A stretch of 64,000 bases of DNA, from the NCBI RefSeq assembly GCF_033153115.1, contig NW_026889762.1:3286001-3350000 (forward strand). The letters run 5' to 3'. Below the pieces are notes generated by a model. The model did not search any database, was not told the DNA's origin, and saw only the letters and a program-made list of their open reading frames with translations. This DNA is from Saccostrea echinata (taxonomy: Eukaryota). The stretch's first letter is position 1, and every line of letters starts with the position of its first letter. The position numbers were made by a program, and so were the translations under genes. Positions 13,940 to 27,942 of the stretch are shown one piece after another.

Positions 13940-14607
13940 ATTAGCAGATTGTCTTTTTAACAACTTTGCCATTTGCTGTAATCCGAAATTACTTGTCATG
14001 TGGTATTTCCTTTAATATCGTGCACGCATTAAGTTCGATAGGCTTTACTCGTTCTGTTTTGAACTTTTCAATTTTTCGAAGCGAACGCTTTACCTGTGAC
14101 ACTGCATTTTTTTCAGTAAGAGAGGACACCGAAATCTTTACAAGGCCTAGTTTATTGCCTCTGTTTTTTCAAGCGGCATGCTGCCACGCCATTTACATTC
14201 TCGTCAAGATGGGCTATAATTTCTCGCGCAACATCAAGAATGTCCTCCTCGCTATGGCATTTGACAATTTTTTGCAATGTAGTGAGTTTGTAGGACATTT
14301 TGCAAGGTGAAGGTTAGGCTAATTGTTGGATGGTTTCTAACCGGTTGACAATAGAATCAATTGTCCGTGACAAAGTATCGATCTCATTTTTATGAATAGC
14401 AAGTTCAAGGTCAATATCAGTCATCAATGATTTGAATTTTTTATCTTTAGTGCTACTCGAAAAAACTTGTCTAAGTTTTCTTTCTGTCATCGACTGTAAA
14501 GAATTCTGTACTTTCTGTAGCCTTTCAATGGCTTTACTATCAAATGTATAAGATTCTTCATTTTCACCGATCCCTTGAGAACTACCATTGCTACCTCCTT
14601 CCGCCAT
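13940..14607 (-). pseudogene. Decayed LINE ORF1-like (coiled-coil plus RRM/CTD-type) coding sequence
   Basis: The 97-aa coiled-coil-like ORF continues past the stop at 14314 as ...EEDILDVAREIIAHLDENVNGVAACRLK, frameshifts near 14160, then reads NRGNKLGLVKISVSSLTEKNAVSQVKRSLRK...IELNACTILKEIPHDK*FRITANGKVV. This resembles mollusc CR1/L2 ORF1 proteins (from recall). Confidence 0.6.
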
Positions 14608-16561
14608 TTTGACTAATTTATAGCCACTGGCTTCGGAGTTTTGCCATCTGAAGATACATGTAGCCTACGTTTGCCGTCTGACATACCATATAATCTTTGT
14701 TTGAACAATACATGGTCTCTTAACGGTACTTACAAGTCTTAAGTATGCTAAAGATACTTTTGAACACCAGAAAATTCACTCGAAAACTCTTCCCTTGCTC
14801 GAATCCGAACACCATGAGACCATCTATCTTCACGCACGCGCCTCATGTCTAAATCATGCTTAACATAGTACATAAAAAAAATTCAGCAGTGGCTTTGAAG
14901 GGAAAAAACTAATAGCAACAAATTTTTGGTGATTAGATCTGTTGTATAAAAAACCATTTAACTGTTAATTTTTTTCGAAAGTTGAATTGACTTTTTTCAG
15001 ATTTCGTCTTGAATTTTAGATCTGCATTGTCAGTACACATAATAATGTGAATTAGTGTCAGTGAGCCCCCCCCCCCCTCCCCCCCCCCAAAAAAAAAAAC
15101 AACAACAAATGACTCATTATTTCTTGCCTAAATGTAACACATTAACACATTTGACTAATTCAATTTTACTGAGGACTAAAAGTTCAAAATAAATCAAGTA
15201 ATCATATAGCCTCTTAAACAGACGGGGGGACAAATTTTTTTTGTTGTAGAAATTTTTATCATCCGAAATGCCAAGATCATTTTTCCACAGTGAATTAAAC
15301 TCTTGAATTAATCATAGCTTAGACAACGTTTATCATATATGTAGTGGAGAGTACCTATTCAGAGAGAATGATAGATGCATGGCCGTATGAACGAATAAGA
15401 TTGCACATATTTTATCTTTTTTTTTTTTTTTTTTTTTTTTTTTTGGCTTTTTTTAGGAATTTTTGCTTGGTAGTCCCCCTCCCCCTTTAAATGTTTATGT
15501 GTGCCCAAAATTGAAATTGCTTTAAACGGTCCTGTAGATGTTGTACACTACCATGTCTTAATTGAGTAGGGTCACTATCGTCGCTGGGCAGTTGATACAG
15601 TGAATGAAAAAGTACAAGTCATTTTCGTTGATTAGTACAAATTTTCATTTAAAAATTTCCTGGTACTTTGTAATTTGAAGGTAGGTTAAAAAAACCAAAC
15701 TTCTAGGGTCACTGAGTCGAGATTCTTGAAATCTTACCCTTTAGATACCATGCAGCGTGATTGTGATTTATGCAGAGCTGGTTTCTAAACAGAATAAATC
15801 GTACAACTGAGTATCTTAATTGATCCCTTGACACCCCCCCCCCCCCCCCCCGAAATGCCGCTAACATTTTTTCATATAACAGACTACACTGTTTAACAGT
15901 GGTCCAAAGATAACACGACAGGAAGAAAAAGTCTTTAAAGAAAGCATGTACATTGTGTAATCTAAGCATCGAATTCTGGATAGAAATAGAATAATTATGT
16001 CTTTCCTTAAGACACATAAGGTCTTCGAAATAAAGATTTCCAACACCGAAGACTCTACCCTTTGGTGAAATCAATAACAATTCCTTCCTTCCCCTAAATC
16101 CGAAGACATGGTATAGAGTTATAAACAGTGTCACCCAAACGTGAAAGTAATGTAATCAACAACAAAATGAGATAGCAATGAAATCGGAATGTAATCATTC
16201 AGTAGAATGGTTTTATCGATGCCCCCAGAACATTACAATTATATGTAGGACCAGGCGGAATATTTCGGGGGTTATATATAGACGTGGCCTTTAGAAGGAA
16301 AAATGAGGGATTGGAGCTTTGGAGGTAAGACTGATATGTTTTTATCATGTTGAAAAACAGGGTCGACAACTTTATCATAATCTCGTTCCAAATACTAGCA
16401 GTGTTCATTTTTTCATTTTTTTTAAAATTTAGAACTATTGAAAAATCAAAATCTACGTTAGAAATATATAAATTAAATTTAAAAAAAATAACCTAGCTGT
16501 GATTTTTATTACACAATGTATTTTGACTTGAATATGTGTGTTTGATTCATAAGTACTAGTA

Positions 16562-16744
16562 CTGTAAGCCAGCTTTTATTCGCGTGCGAGAAATATCCGC
16601 GAGTTTCGCGACCTACTTGAACTTGCGAATATTAATTGCCGCGGACCAATTATTTTGCTTTGTATTTGTAGATCATGTTTCCTAAGTCGCGAAAACCTGA
16701 CGGCTCGCGAATAAAAAATGACGCGAATTATAGTTGGTTTACAG
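16562..16744. mobile_element. Short MITE with TA TSD
   Basis: ta|ctgtaagccagct...agttggtttacag|ta with internal cgcga motifs. Ends ~75 bp upstream of the acceptor of the Arg-rich gene. Confidence 0.7.
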
Positions 16745-16829
16745 TATATCGTATTAATTGTAGAGTTTGAAAACGTTTCTTTGCTTTTGTATTCAATTAC
16801 TTCGTGTTTCTCATTGCAGCTCTGTAAAC

Positions 16830-18975
16830 ATGCCTGGAATATTATATACTTGTATATTTCTTCTCATTGTATCTGCCTATGGTCAACAAAATCAGACCGA
16901 GTCTCCCCAGGAGTGCGTGGTACGCGAAGGTGCCACATTCGAATTTAACAATGCCTCATTTGGCGAAGCCCCTCTAAAAACACTCGTCTCTACTTGTTTG
17001 GAAGAAACTGAACAAATTCTAGTGAGTGAAATTAATAGTGTTTTTAACCAAGCACAAAATTTCAGGAGGCGACGAAACAAAAGATCCTTTGTTCGCAGAC
17101 GGCATTGGAAAGACCGAGGTTTTGCAAAAGGAAGAATGCAACATAATTCAAAACGAACCGGGTCAAAGGAGCTTGTTATGTCAGCAAACTGTCATCAACA
17201 ATTCACGTCCATTCGGGTCCTTCGATATCCTGGTTCTTTTGCTGACCTGGAAATACAGAAGAAAAGGACCAACCTCTCTGGTCATGAATCCACTGGAAGG
17301 GATCTTAGGACATCTCGACGAAGGAGTCTCCAAAAAAGGTTGATTAAGGAGAAAAGAAGAATGAGAGTCGCCGGATCTGTAAAACGTAAATCAGGCAGAC
17401 GACGAGGTAGAACAACGCAAAGACAAACCGCGTCATTCAGGGCAAGCAAACTCGACAACGGTAGTGAAGCGCAATCTTCTTTTCGCGTTCTTTCCCGAAA
17501 TGTTGACACTCGTAGAGCAATAACAACAAGACGAAGAAGCAGACGACTGATGACTGGGAGACGAGTTCGACTTCAGCTCAGAATTAAAGGAGGAAAAGCA
17601 TCTGCAGCCGTAAATAGCTTCACAAGAAGAAGACGCACAGGGAAACAGAGAAATTCTCTGCGTGCCTCAAGAAGCAGAGGAAAAAAGAAATCATTGGCCA
17701 GAAGAGGAGATAGAAGGCAAAGGAAGTCGAAAAAGAATACCAGAAAGGGAAATATTCAGATTCGGAGTAACAGGCAAAGCAATATAAAGCGTTATTCGGC
17801 TGAATCCAAATTACTACGTAAACATTCTTCAAGTTCAAAGCGTAAGAAATCAAAAAGAAGACAGCACATATCATTACCAAGGATTTCAAACCAAAGATTT
17901 GAAACCGCTACTACTGGTGTCGTCACGGAAAAGGAGTTACAGGTCTCAAACAATATTAATACATTTTATCAGAACAATGTCAACAAAGGCAGCACGCGAT
18001 CTAAAAATCGAAAACGGCGCCGAAAACAAGTGCTCAGACGACGAAGAAATAGGATACGCCATGCTGAAATACCAACAAATGAAAATCGAAAAAATCTAGA
18101 TCTCGTAAAATTAGGCGATAAATTTGTTGAAAGAAATAACATTTTTCATCTATATCTACCGGCAAGCCGGGAATCCATCAAAAGATTTCCTTATCAGAAA
18201 AACAGGGATAACTTCAATGGCGTTCATGATGATGTTAAGGGATATGCTGAGGTAAATAAACTCTCAACTGATTTTTTTTTTTAATTCTTTGTTTAGTTTT
18301 TCATCAAGAAAGGAATAGCCAAATGTTTCAATAACTTTCATTGCAGCTAATCAAGCAAACTGGAGCGGAGATCACAATTGCTAAAGAAAGTAAAAGGTAT
18401 GTTACTATTAAACTCCATTCTCGCTTGATTTCTTTTTGCTTGAACAAATGTCTTTTCATGCAATAAGGAAAACGTGTTCAATTGAAGTAGGTTGATCATT
18501 ATTTTACATGTTTAAGTGAATGCTTATTAGGAAAGTGAATAATCTCAGAGAGATTCTTTCACGGTTCGTTCAAAGTAAAATGCTTCACCAGATATGGTTG
18601 GTATTGTAAGTCGTTCAAATTGATATCTGGAAAACAGCAGTCGGTCTCGTATATATGTAATTATATAAGAAAATTGTCCAAAAATAAATGCCTGGTTACT
18701 TTAATGAAAAAAAAATCTACATGTGTACGCTTATATATATTNNNNNNNNNNNNNNNNNNNNNNNNNNNNNNNNNNNNNNNNNNNNNNNNNNNNNNNNNNN
18801 NNNNNNNNNNNNNNNNNNNNNNNNNNNNNNNNNNNNNNNNNNNNNNNNNNNNNNNNNNNNNNNNNNNNNNNNNNNNNNNNNTTACAGAAGTGGACCATTT
18901 GCGGAAGCCAGTGGACATATTCTTGGAATTCTGGGATTGTCACTCTGGATGACGTCACGATCAACTTCCTCTTAA
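16830..18975 (+). CDS. Secreted Arg/Lys-rich protein of unknown function, 519 aa
   Basis: Exons 16830-18251, 18347-18396, 18888-18975 (GT-AG, phases 0 and 2, total 1560 nt). Acceptor ttgcag at 16814-16819. Signal peptide MPGILYTCIFLLIVSAYG and hydrophobic C-terminus ILGILGLSLWM. The second intron contains an assembly gap, so an exon could be missing. Confidence 0.75.
18742..18881. other. Assembly gap (140 N)
   Basis: Run of N. Confidence 1.
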
Positions 18976-20574
18976 AACACTCTCACAGAAGAATAATGTT
19001 AATATTTAGATTTTATTTTTCTCTGAATTTCAGGGGAACACATTTTATTTCTGGGGTATCACTATAATTCTGATTATGATATGTACATGTGTAGTTATAC
19101 TTACTTCTATATAAAATTCCACTTGCAAGAAACCTTGTTTATATTTTTTTTTTTTAGAAAAATGGAAGAACGATAACACACAATCGATGCTTTATTTGAA
19201 TAAATAAACGACATAATGTAGAAACCCGTAAAGTTAAGATAAAAATCACTGAAAACAAAATCGACACAGGATATATCTTTGCCACATTATATAAATGCAC
19301 GAAGACGCCAAGTCTTGATGGCAGAGGAAAAGAATTTCCAAATTCCCCTTCGTCCAGAAATAACGTTATGTAAGAGCTATATACTAAATATATATTGATC
19401 TTATTTCAATTTTATACTTTCTGGACTGACAAGATCTTCATTTGACTGTTTACCAGATCTGAAAATTAAAAATAAATATTTATGTATATAATTTGTTATA
19501 ATTAAATCAAAATTAATTGAAATAAAAAATGTGAAATAAAAAAGAAGAAGAAAGAACGGGTATATAATTATAAATGCAAATAAAAAAAAAATACAGTCTT
19601 TTTTATGAGTCGCATAATTAATATGATTTCACTACGTATTTTCAATCATTTACAAATTTGTTGTTAAAAGGTTCAATACTGGGTCTAGGTCTGGTTTAGG
19701 GTCTTGAATGAAATGAATGTGTAGATATCCATCTTGACATTGAATTTGGTCGTGTAAGGGCAATACATTATATGAACATAAGGTTGAATTCTGAGCATCA
19801 GTCGAGGAGGAAAAATGATGAATTTGAACCGATATAAATCTTAAGTCGCCCAGAGTGCGGGGTTCTACAGAATTGTACCAAAACACTCACCTCTGTGATT
19901 CAAGGGCATTTGCAAGTTAATAATCTCAAATATTATACTTTCAGGTAAATTAGTTGAATCTGATTCGTCGAGAAATATTTGTTAAAAAACACTATTACCC
20001 TCTGAATAATGAAACTACGCCCTCCAGCATAGCTGCGCCTCGGTTGACAATGGCTTTCTTGGGGTGAATTTTTTTAGTGTTACCCCTAAAAACATGCAGT
20101 ATTTATATAATAATTTTTCAAATGATTCTTTCTGTGATCGTATTTAGTTAGAATGGTAAAGACAAAATAAACGTTTTGTACATGTACTACAATTTGTCAA
20201 GGTTAAAAAGTCGGTATTTTAGGTCCAGGGGAAAATACCTTTTACTGCATGATGGAAACTGCAAGGTTTACTAGCCGTGCACTCATGTTTGAAACGTTTA
20301 GCAAGGAGCTAGCCTCTTCAAACTGGTAATAAACAGTAAAGATGCACGCAAACAATTGTGTGTATTTAGGCAAAACACACATGAGCATGGAGATATAATT
20401 TGTAGTTGAAATAATGTATGAGATAATTAACAGAACATTTTTTTTCAACTGGCTAAGCTATCAAGTCGATCGAGCATACGTGCTTAGAATTTTTCATGAC
20501 TGAGTGCTTTTCAGATTGTTTGCATTGCGTGCATATTTATTTTATTATGAATCAAAAGACAGGTATTAAAATGT

Positions 20575-20619
<45 letters not shown>

Positions 20620-22982
20620 CTTAACACAGTCATGCAATTAAAGTTGAGTCGTTTAAAGTTGATGCACCTCATGAAAAATTAATGCATCCTAACCACGTGC
20701 CAGGTTTTATAGGTGCTGCACAAACTTTTGCTATTATTTCTCCGAAAGTTTACGTTTATAATTACAAGTTTAATTTCTTTTTTTGTGGTAAAAAAATCTA
20801 TGTCAGTAATATCATTCCAATGAGGGAAAACCATGCTTTCGAGTTTAGAATCCAATACACGTAGGACATCTTCATACAATCTGGAATTTCAGGTGTAACT
20901 GACAAAAATTAATTCACTGTTTGACAGTTCTGTATGATGTGAGTATATATGTATGTCACCGTCTTCTGAAAGGTCATGATATCAATAAATTTGTACTAAT
21001 CACTACAATAACTGCAAACGCCACAAGGCCTTCGTATGATTGAAAGAGTATCTGGTCAGAACATGTTTACAATGTAAAAAAAAGTGGAATATCAAATATG
21101 GCTAAAACATAGTCAAGCCTAAAGATCCAAGTCCTCAGAACCGGAAGGGGGGGGGCTATCTCAATAAATAATAACACTAAAGAATATACAAAAGTATCAT
21201 TTTTGAACCAAAAATTATTTATTTTATTTAATACTGCTTAATTTTGGTTATATTAAGAGTGCAAAAAAAAAAAATAAAAAATAAAAAAAAAAATAAATAA
21301 ATAAATAAAAATACTTCAAGAATGCACCAGAACCTTCAAAATGATAATCATGCATTTATTCAAAATTTCTGGCTCAGAAGAGGGTATACCCATTTCAGAC
21401 TCCCTGGCACCCCTTGGATAATGAAATATTTGATCAATGAAAAATGTATATACAACGTACTAATGTACCCCTGAAATGTTCACCTTGATTGACAATAGAT
21501 ATAGGTCCTGGGACCGCGTTCGATTTGTACGGTTGTATACTTTTCCTGTTTTGATCAATTATAGCTGTGACTTCAAGTTTACATTTTATCCGGACTTTTA
21601 CCTTCTTCTATAAGCCTCTGTTTATATTTCTCTCCAAATGTTCAAATTTAGGAGAAACTTGTATAGGTACAGTATATGTTCAAATCATCAAACGAAAAAA
21701 AGTTATATAAACAGGGCTCTAATTGGCGACTAATTTAGTCGCCATGGCGCCTAAAAATTATGATTTGGGCCTAGAGGTCTGAAAAATTGAAAAAAAAGAG
21801 TGACAAAACTCTAGGACAAGCATTTACAGTGCAAAGTTAAATTATTTTTGTTTTAGAGAATTAAGCACACACAACAAAAAAATTGCGTTAAAGATTCCCC
21901 AAAAGGCTTAACGTGGCTCCATCTAGAAATTTGAGCTGTTGATATACCACCTGATTTATGAAAAGTGCAATTATTATAAACTTTTTTTTCAAATCCTAAG
22001 ATATCAAATTGTACAATATATCCTTATAATTGTAAATACCATCGTTTACATATAAAATTATCAATTTAACATTTATTGTAATCAGCCGAATCTTTTCTGC
22101 TTAAAAAGAAAAGAAAAAAATCTCAATATTTTAATAACAACGTTTCAAAACGATAAACTATATATACATGTAGAATATTTAGAACATATAACATAGGTGA
22201 CTATAAATAGATGCGCCCTATGACGTCATTAGAAATAAGTAAAAATCTGGTACCTATGTATCACATCATCGTCAAAAATGCTCTTTAATAACGCATGTAT
22301 ACATGTATAAATATATATAATAAATTTTGCCACACGGACTACAAACGCAGAAATATTTGCTTATTGATAACAAACATTATATTTAGCACAATTATCGTGT
22401 ATTTGAAAAAAAAAATTAAATAACCGTAAAATCACAGCTGTAAGATCGTCATTTGGCCTGAACAGATTGCTTTAATTAATTGCTATATAATCAACATTTA
22501 CCACATATGTGGTACTAGATGCAATAAATGCCGTTTAATAAAAGTTATGCAGGGTAAGACGTTCTTACTATGACATCATCATGATTTTTGTACATATACA
22601 GGAAGTGCAAGAAAAAAATATATACTCAACAAAAAAACTGCAATAAACAGGCAAGTCAAAATGCAAAATTCCTTTAAAAAAATGCAAATAAACGTAGAAT
22701 AAAATTAAAGTTCAAAATATAACAGTACATGCCTCAATTTTCAAAGCGAAACCAATCGGAACTGCAAGCCAGTCATGTAGAACTGACCAAAAACGATTTT
22801 TCTTTTAATATAAAGTCTATCATATTATGATCTTAAATAGTGTGCAGCATTATTATAATATTGTAAATACAAAGTAAGTTACAACACACACAAATTCTGC
22901 ACTGAATATGCAAGTCAAAATACAAAAGCAAAGCCAGCTTGATTGCAAGTTCAACAATGTCTCATCATGCACCAAACGGAAG

Positions 22983-23564
22983 TTAAAATCTGAAAGGCGC
23001 CGGAGACGGATGATAATGATTGCGCCGGGGTGAAGGGAAGTATACCATATTTCGGAACTCATCTCTATATACCTCTGGAATCATGCCCATCGAGGAGGAC
23101 ACCATTTTCACAGAATTCCTTCCCAGAAGTCTACGCTCGTATTCGATCAGTTGGCGCCAAAATCCAGCGTTGGGGTGCACGACGGGTCTGCGTTTTTTAC
23201 AATGCTGATAAGCCTGTTCCAGAGTCATCCGATGATATTTTATTAAATAAGCCATACATATAGTGGCAGATCGACTAACCCCTGCAACACAGTGGACAAG
23301 AGTCCGCCCACCGCGCATGTGCACTTGGTTGATTTTGTCTGCGCACCTGTCGAAGTATGCACTCAGTCTAGCTTGAGGTGCGTCCTCGATGTGAATTTGA
23401 ATACATTCCAGATTGGGTAAGTTCAAATTCGGAATTTCCAGGGTCAGGTTTATGATGTTAGTGATGCCGAAATTTCGGACTCTGTCGGTCTTTACCGCAG
23501 CCGCGCTGCTGAGGAACAGGTGATCGGTGATTTGGGCTATTTGAGAAAACATGGCGAGATCCAT
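22983..23564 (-). CDS. DUSP14: Atypical dual-specificity protein phosphatase, DUSP14/18/21-like, 193 aa, single coding exon
   Basis: QITDHLFLS start, IEDAP general-acid loop, catalytic VHCVAGVSRS, AYLIK, PNAGFWRQLIEYE. The exact vertebrate orthologue is uncertain. Confidence 0.95.
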   Translation of the reverse strand: MDLAMFSQIAQITDHLFLSSAAAVKTDRVRNFGITNIINLTLEIPNLNLPNLECIQIHIEDAPQARLSAYFDRCADKINQVHMRGGRTLVHCVAGVSRSATICMAYLIKYHRMTLEQAYQHCKKRRPVVHPNAGFWRQLIEYERRLLGRNSVKMVSSSMGMIPEVYRDEFRNMVYFPSPRRNHYHPSPAPFRF

Positions 23565-23928
23565 TTACAATGTGATTCCACCCGAAAAATTCTGAAACAT
23601 AAAATAGACATTTTATTCCTTAATGTTGTAAAGATATGAATGAAACTGTTTATATTATTTTATGCATGATTTTAATATAAATTAAACTTTTAACCCTGCA
23701 AATGTTAGGAAATCGTTAACTTATATCTTTGGAGCATTAATGCATGAAATTAAAGGACAAAATAAACCAAACAAGTTAACCATTAAAGAGTTATGACTGC
23801 ATATATACACATGTATATGTTTGCATATTTAATCCAGTTTAAAATGTAGGAATGACAAATGAATTCCATTTTTAGTTATAAATCGCAATGGTATTATGCC
23901 AACAATTTAAGTTTCAATTTGAGATTTA

Positions 23929-24150
23929 TAGTCAAACCTCGACCTCCTTATCTCAAGCCCAATAGGACCTCGAAAAAAGTTCCAGATATCCGATGACTTG
24001 AGATATCAAGGTTAAAATACATAAAGAAAAACGTTTTGGACTTTTAACTCACTTTACATATATACATGTAGTAAAACCATTATTTATCGAAGAGGGGAAG
24101 GGGGTGTCTGGGAAATCGAAAGTCAGCGAATGGTTTCGAGGGTTGGACTA
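23929..24150. mobile_element. Tc1/mariner-type MITE (degenerate)
   Basis: tagtcaaacctcg ... cgagggttggacta termini, related to the copies at 36727 and 46444. Confidence 0.6.
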
Positions 24151-24937
24151 TAGCTCTGTTACTTATATATCCGTCTTAGTTTCATTGTATGTGTATACAT
24201 GCTTCTTGACATTATTCTACGGTATTATCGGTGGAGGAAAAAAACGTGGATTCATATACATTGTATTAAAAGCCATCATAGAAATAATTGACCTAGAAGA
24301 TGTAATTTCAATGTTTTTGGTCTTGGTAATTACATTATTTACATACTCACTATTATAATACTGAACCTGAATGTCTCTAATCCGTTCCAGCGGATTAGTT
24401 TACATGAAAATATACTGAGTGAAAGCACATGTACTTGATAGTGGAAACGACATATTTTTGCTGGGCATACATGATGAGTTTATCACAAGTAGTGTTAATC
24501 AAAATCAGGTTTCAAACGCCGATGTGGCTATGACATTTCGGCATGTACAACTGAAAAATATATATCCCTACATGTATAGATCTACACGTGCAAACAATAA
24601 AGTCTCCCTTCAGGAATATCCAGTTCATTGTGATCTGTGAAAATTAGTCAAGACAGGTAACGCCACTCACCTCTAGGAACTGAAGTCGATATATACAATG
24701 CAAGCATATTACGTAACTATTTTTACATCAGTGCAACTCTTTCATTAATAAGACCAGAGCATTTGAACACATACTTTTGATGTAAATGACAGAGGGTTAT
24801 AGAGCTACAGAGATGGATATGAACTGATAATGACAAAGGATGACACAATAGGTCATACAAATATATAACTAATGATGCAGTGGGGGCGGATCCAGAAGTT
24901 TTCCTGATATGTGAATCTAAGTTTGGAGAAAAAGGCA

Positions 24938-24941
<4 letters not shown>

Positions 24942-24984
<43 letters not shown>
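24942..24984. repeat. (GA)n microsatellite
   Basis: Direct observation. Confidence 0.95.
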
Positions 24985-24986
<2 letters not shown>

Positions 24987-25763
24987 CAGTTCCACTTAAT
25001 GGAATTTTTTTTTATCTTCCGGCAACCAGTGATAACTCTTTTGATCCGCCCACACAAGTTTTTGGCATTCGCTTGACGAGGTGTGTCAAATAAATGTTAG
25101 ATGAGACAGTGAAGCGGAGAAAAACAAACTTTCTGTATAAACTTTGTGGTGTGTTCAGTAAACTCTCAGTCAGTAAACCCTATGACATTCGGGGAAATCT
25201 GGCAAAAACAAAAACATATCCACACCATTACAATCAAGAGGCGGATCCAAGATCCAATCTAAAAGTTCAACTTTGACATTTGACCACCACACTGATGAGC
25301 ATTGCAAAAAGTGCTTTTTATATTTTGTTTATAGATATTTTTGAAAACCACAAAAGATTGCCATTGCATTGTTTTATATTGTGTGGCGGCAGTAAGGCAT
25401 TATAGTTTTCAAGTAAAACAAAAAAAAAATGTCGCAATATATTATTCATTTGAAATCAAAATACATGTACATACAGCTTTAATTCATAACTTATGAAAAA
25501 TAATTTAAAATTGCTTATTACTATAGTACCTCACAAGAAGATATTCATTAACTATTTCAAAGATACGTTTCTTGGTGCTTTTTCCCCCAAAGAAACTGAG
25601 TAAATTTTGCTGAAATCTATAAACAGATTGTGCTTATAGCTGTCAATAATTATGATTAACTATGTTGGAATTTGCACTAAATGTTCTATCAGCAGCTTAC
25701 TCGCGTTACATATACTTTCTGCAAGTAAGAAATTAACTTGCTTTCTAATTCAAAAACACTTAC

Positions 25764-25950
25764 CCGGGTCCTGGTGAAGAAAAAATAACAACCCAAATTA
25801 AATTCCCTTCGTCAAGCCTTCATAATCCAATACAACCAAATTTATATTTATCAGGAAAAAAATTCTTAACACAACCACTGAGTCGGAATCCGGCTGATTC
25901 CGCTTTCGTACGCAAGAACTACTGCCTATGATGATTAATCCTGCTTCCCT
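25764..25950 (-). other. Probable 5'UTR exon of the first DUSP gene
   Basis: Strong donor cgg|gtaagt at 25763 and acceptor tttcag at 23592-23593 just upstream of the ATG. The 5' limit is a guess. Confidence 0.45.
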
Positions 25951-26879
25951 CAAAATAAAACTGCTCAAAAAGCGAGGCTTACGCCGGATCACCGTCGACT
26001 AGTGTGTACCCCCTTCTTTTGGCACCAAAGTTCAAAAGGGGATTACACAAAGCGTGGAAATCGGATTTCAATTTCAATGCCCCATTTACCTTTAACAATG
26101 TCGAATAAATAATTAAATTAGGTAAATTGTACACGTATGTATATAAGTAAATGTATTATGTTCTTCATTCACTTTCACAGCCTTTTGCTCAAGGGGAAAT
26201 CACTCCCCGAGGAGACATTTTTTTTTTCTCTGATATGCGCACGCCCAAACTACAAGTGCCTTCCAGCTGAGCCATTTATCTTTTTAGATATACATAAACA
26301 AGTCGAGCATCAATCGATTGGAGGTATTTTTATATAGGATCGGACAGGTGCGCTGAAGATACAGTGAAGAGATATATATCTTCGCGAAAACAGGAGGGGG
26401 AATGAATGGAGGAATTTATAGCGGGCCGAGAATGAATGAATTCATGACCTGGAATTTTAACCAAAAATATGCCCTGAATCTATCCTGGTATGATAATATG
26501 TATGCAATCTGAATTTTGTTAAAACAAACACACAAGAAATATTATTAATAAGCTGCATGCATTTTACTGTGAAAGAACATTTACAAGAATATTCGTTCTG
26601 AAAAAATTCAATTGTATAGATTTAGAAAATGACATATACTAGACGAAATTGCTAACGCACCAACGTAGAAAATTAATATGTACCTGTCCAGAACTTTTTT
26701 ATGCTGCATTTGATGTATAAATATGTTACTATAGTCAAAAATAAGACATTTAAATGCCTATACTAATAAGTGAACAATATTTACTGAAGCGTAACCATTT
26801 CCTGGAAATGTATACAGCATTTAGGGAGGAAAAATTTCTATTTTCTTATTTTACGTTATTTGTGTTCTTTATATTTATG

Positions 26880-27490
26880 TATTTTTACAGATATATTGTA
26901 GATTATTTAACATTGCAGTATTATTTAAGAAAGTCAACACCTCCTCTTTACAAAAAAACAAATAAGTAGAATAAGAATGTCTTCACATAACCTTGCAATT
27001 GAAACCGGGCGTCATAGAAATATTGTAAAAGAAAGAAGATTTTGTGAATCTTGTAAAACCAACATAGAAGATGAATTTCATTTTGTTTTGTCCCTCATAC
27101 AAAGAACTGAGAAGTAAATATATTAAAAGTTATTACTGGAAAAAACCATCCGCATTTAAACTAGTTCAATTACTGAGTGTCCAAAACATTTCTGAGCTCT
27201 GTAATTTCGGAAAATTTTTGCATTTAGCTTTTATGTTAAGAAACAAAAAAAAAGCTGTGATCCATTCTTCATTTGTCCTGTCTGTATATATGTATTTATT
27301 ATGTGTTACAATATTTGTACTATTTGTTCATGCATAGAAGCGCCAAACCATGCAAATTTGTTCTATAATGCATGCGCTGCTTTTCATGTACAGAATTAGC
27401 GTCATACCATACCATTCTGACTTTTTCTGTGTATAATGTAATAAAATTGTGATAACACGTATGTATTAAGCAAATAAAGAATAATAAAAA
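26880..27490 (+). mobile_element. 5'-truncated LINE (CR1/L2-type): ORF2 C-terminus plus 3'UTR
   Basis: SSHNLAIETGRHRNIVKERRFCESCKTNIEDEFHF / CPSYKELRSKYIKSYYWKKPSAFKLVQLLS, the CCHC-type ORF2 C-terminal motif, with a frameshift. Confidence 0.8.
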
Positions 27491-27544
27491 ATTATATTAT
27501 TTACATTCAAATAAAACAAAATCAGAAAAAAACGGACACTGTGC

Positions 27545-27942
27545 GGTATGGTATACCACTTTGCAAAATTAAAGAATCTGTACTTTTTGTAATAAATCTC
27601 AAATTACTGATGAATTTCATTAATATCCTAGAATGTAAAGCTTTAGTAAAAGTAAGAAAAAATATATATACCTAGGCAATTATTATTCTCACAGACAGAA
27701 TGGTATTAAATTTATGGAACAAATGTTGACTCAAAACGAAAAAAAAATCCTGAAAAATTACGTTTGTTTATTGAAAAAAAATTATGATGCTGTCTGTCCT
27801 CCCTGATATACTTGTTCCTTTTTTATATTTGTGTATTGTGTATTTGTACCTCTGACCAGTTTGAATTAAAATGTATGCGGAATGTATAATGTTCCCCATG
27901 TACCAATATTTTGGTTTGGATGAATAAATTGAACTTGAATTT
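27545..27942 (+). mobile_element. Second 5'-truncated LINE relic
   Basis: RICTFCNKSQITDEFH*/ILECKALVKVRK; ends aataaa-ttgaac-ttgaat (short-repeat tail). Confidence 0.65.

Noticed and set aside
15709-16408. 141-aa and 69-aa minus-strand ORFs
   Set aside because: No recognisable motif or splice structure, and one runs through a homopolymer tract.
16767-16829. N-terminal extension of the 505-aa ORF and its VNKLSTDFFF end
   Set aside because: The ORF track starts at a non-ATG codon upstream of a splice acceptor, and the end reads into an intron after the donor at 18252.
18620-19067. ORFs containing X runs
   Set aside because: Artefacts of the N gap; only 18888-18975 is supported as an exon.
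19650-20450. Possible minus-strand exons (donors near 19890 and 20238)
   Set aside because: No consistent gene model or recognisable protein could be built.
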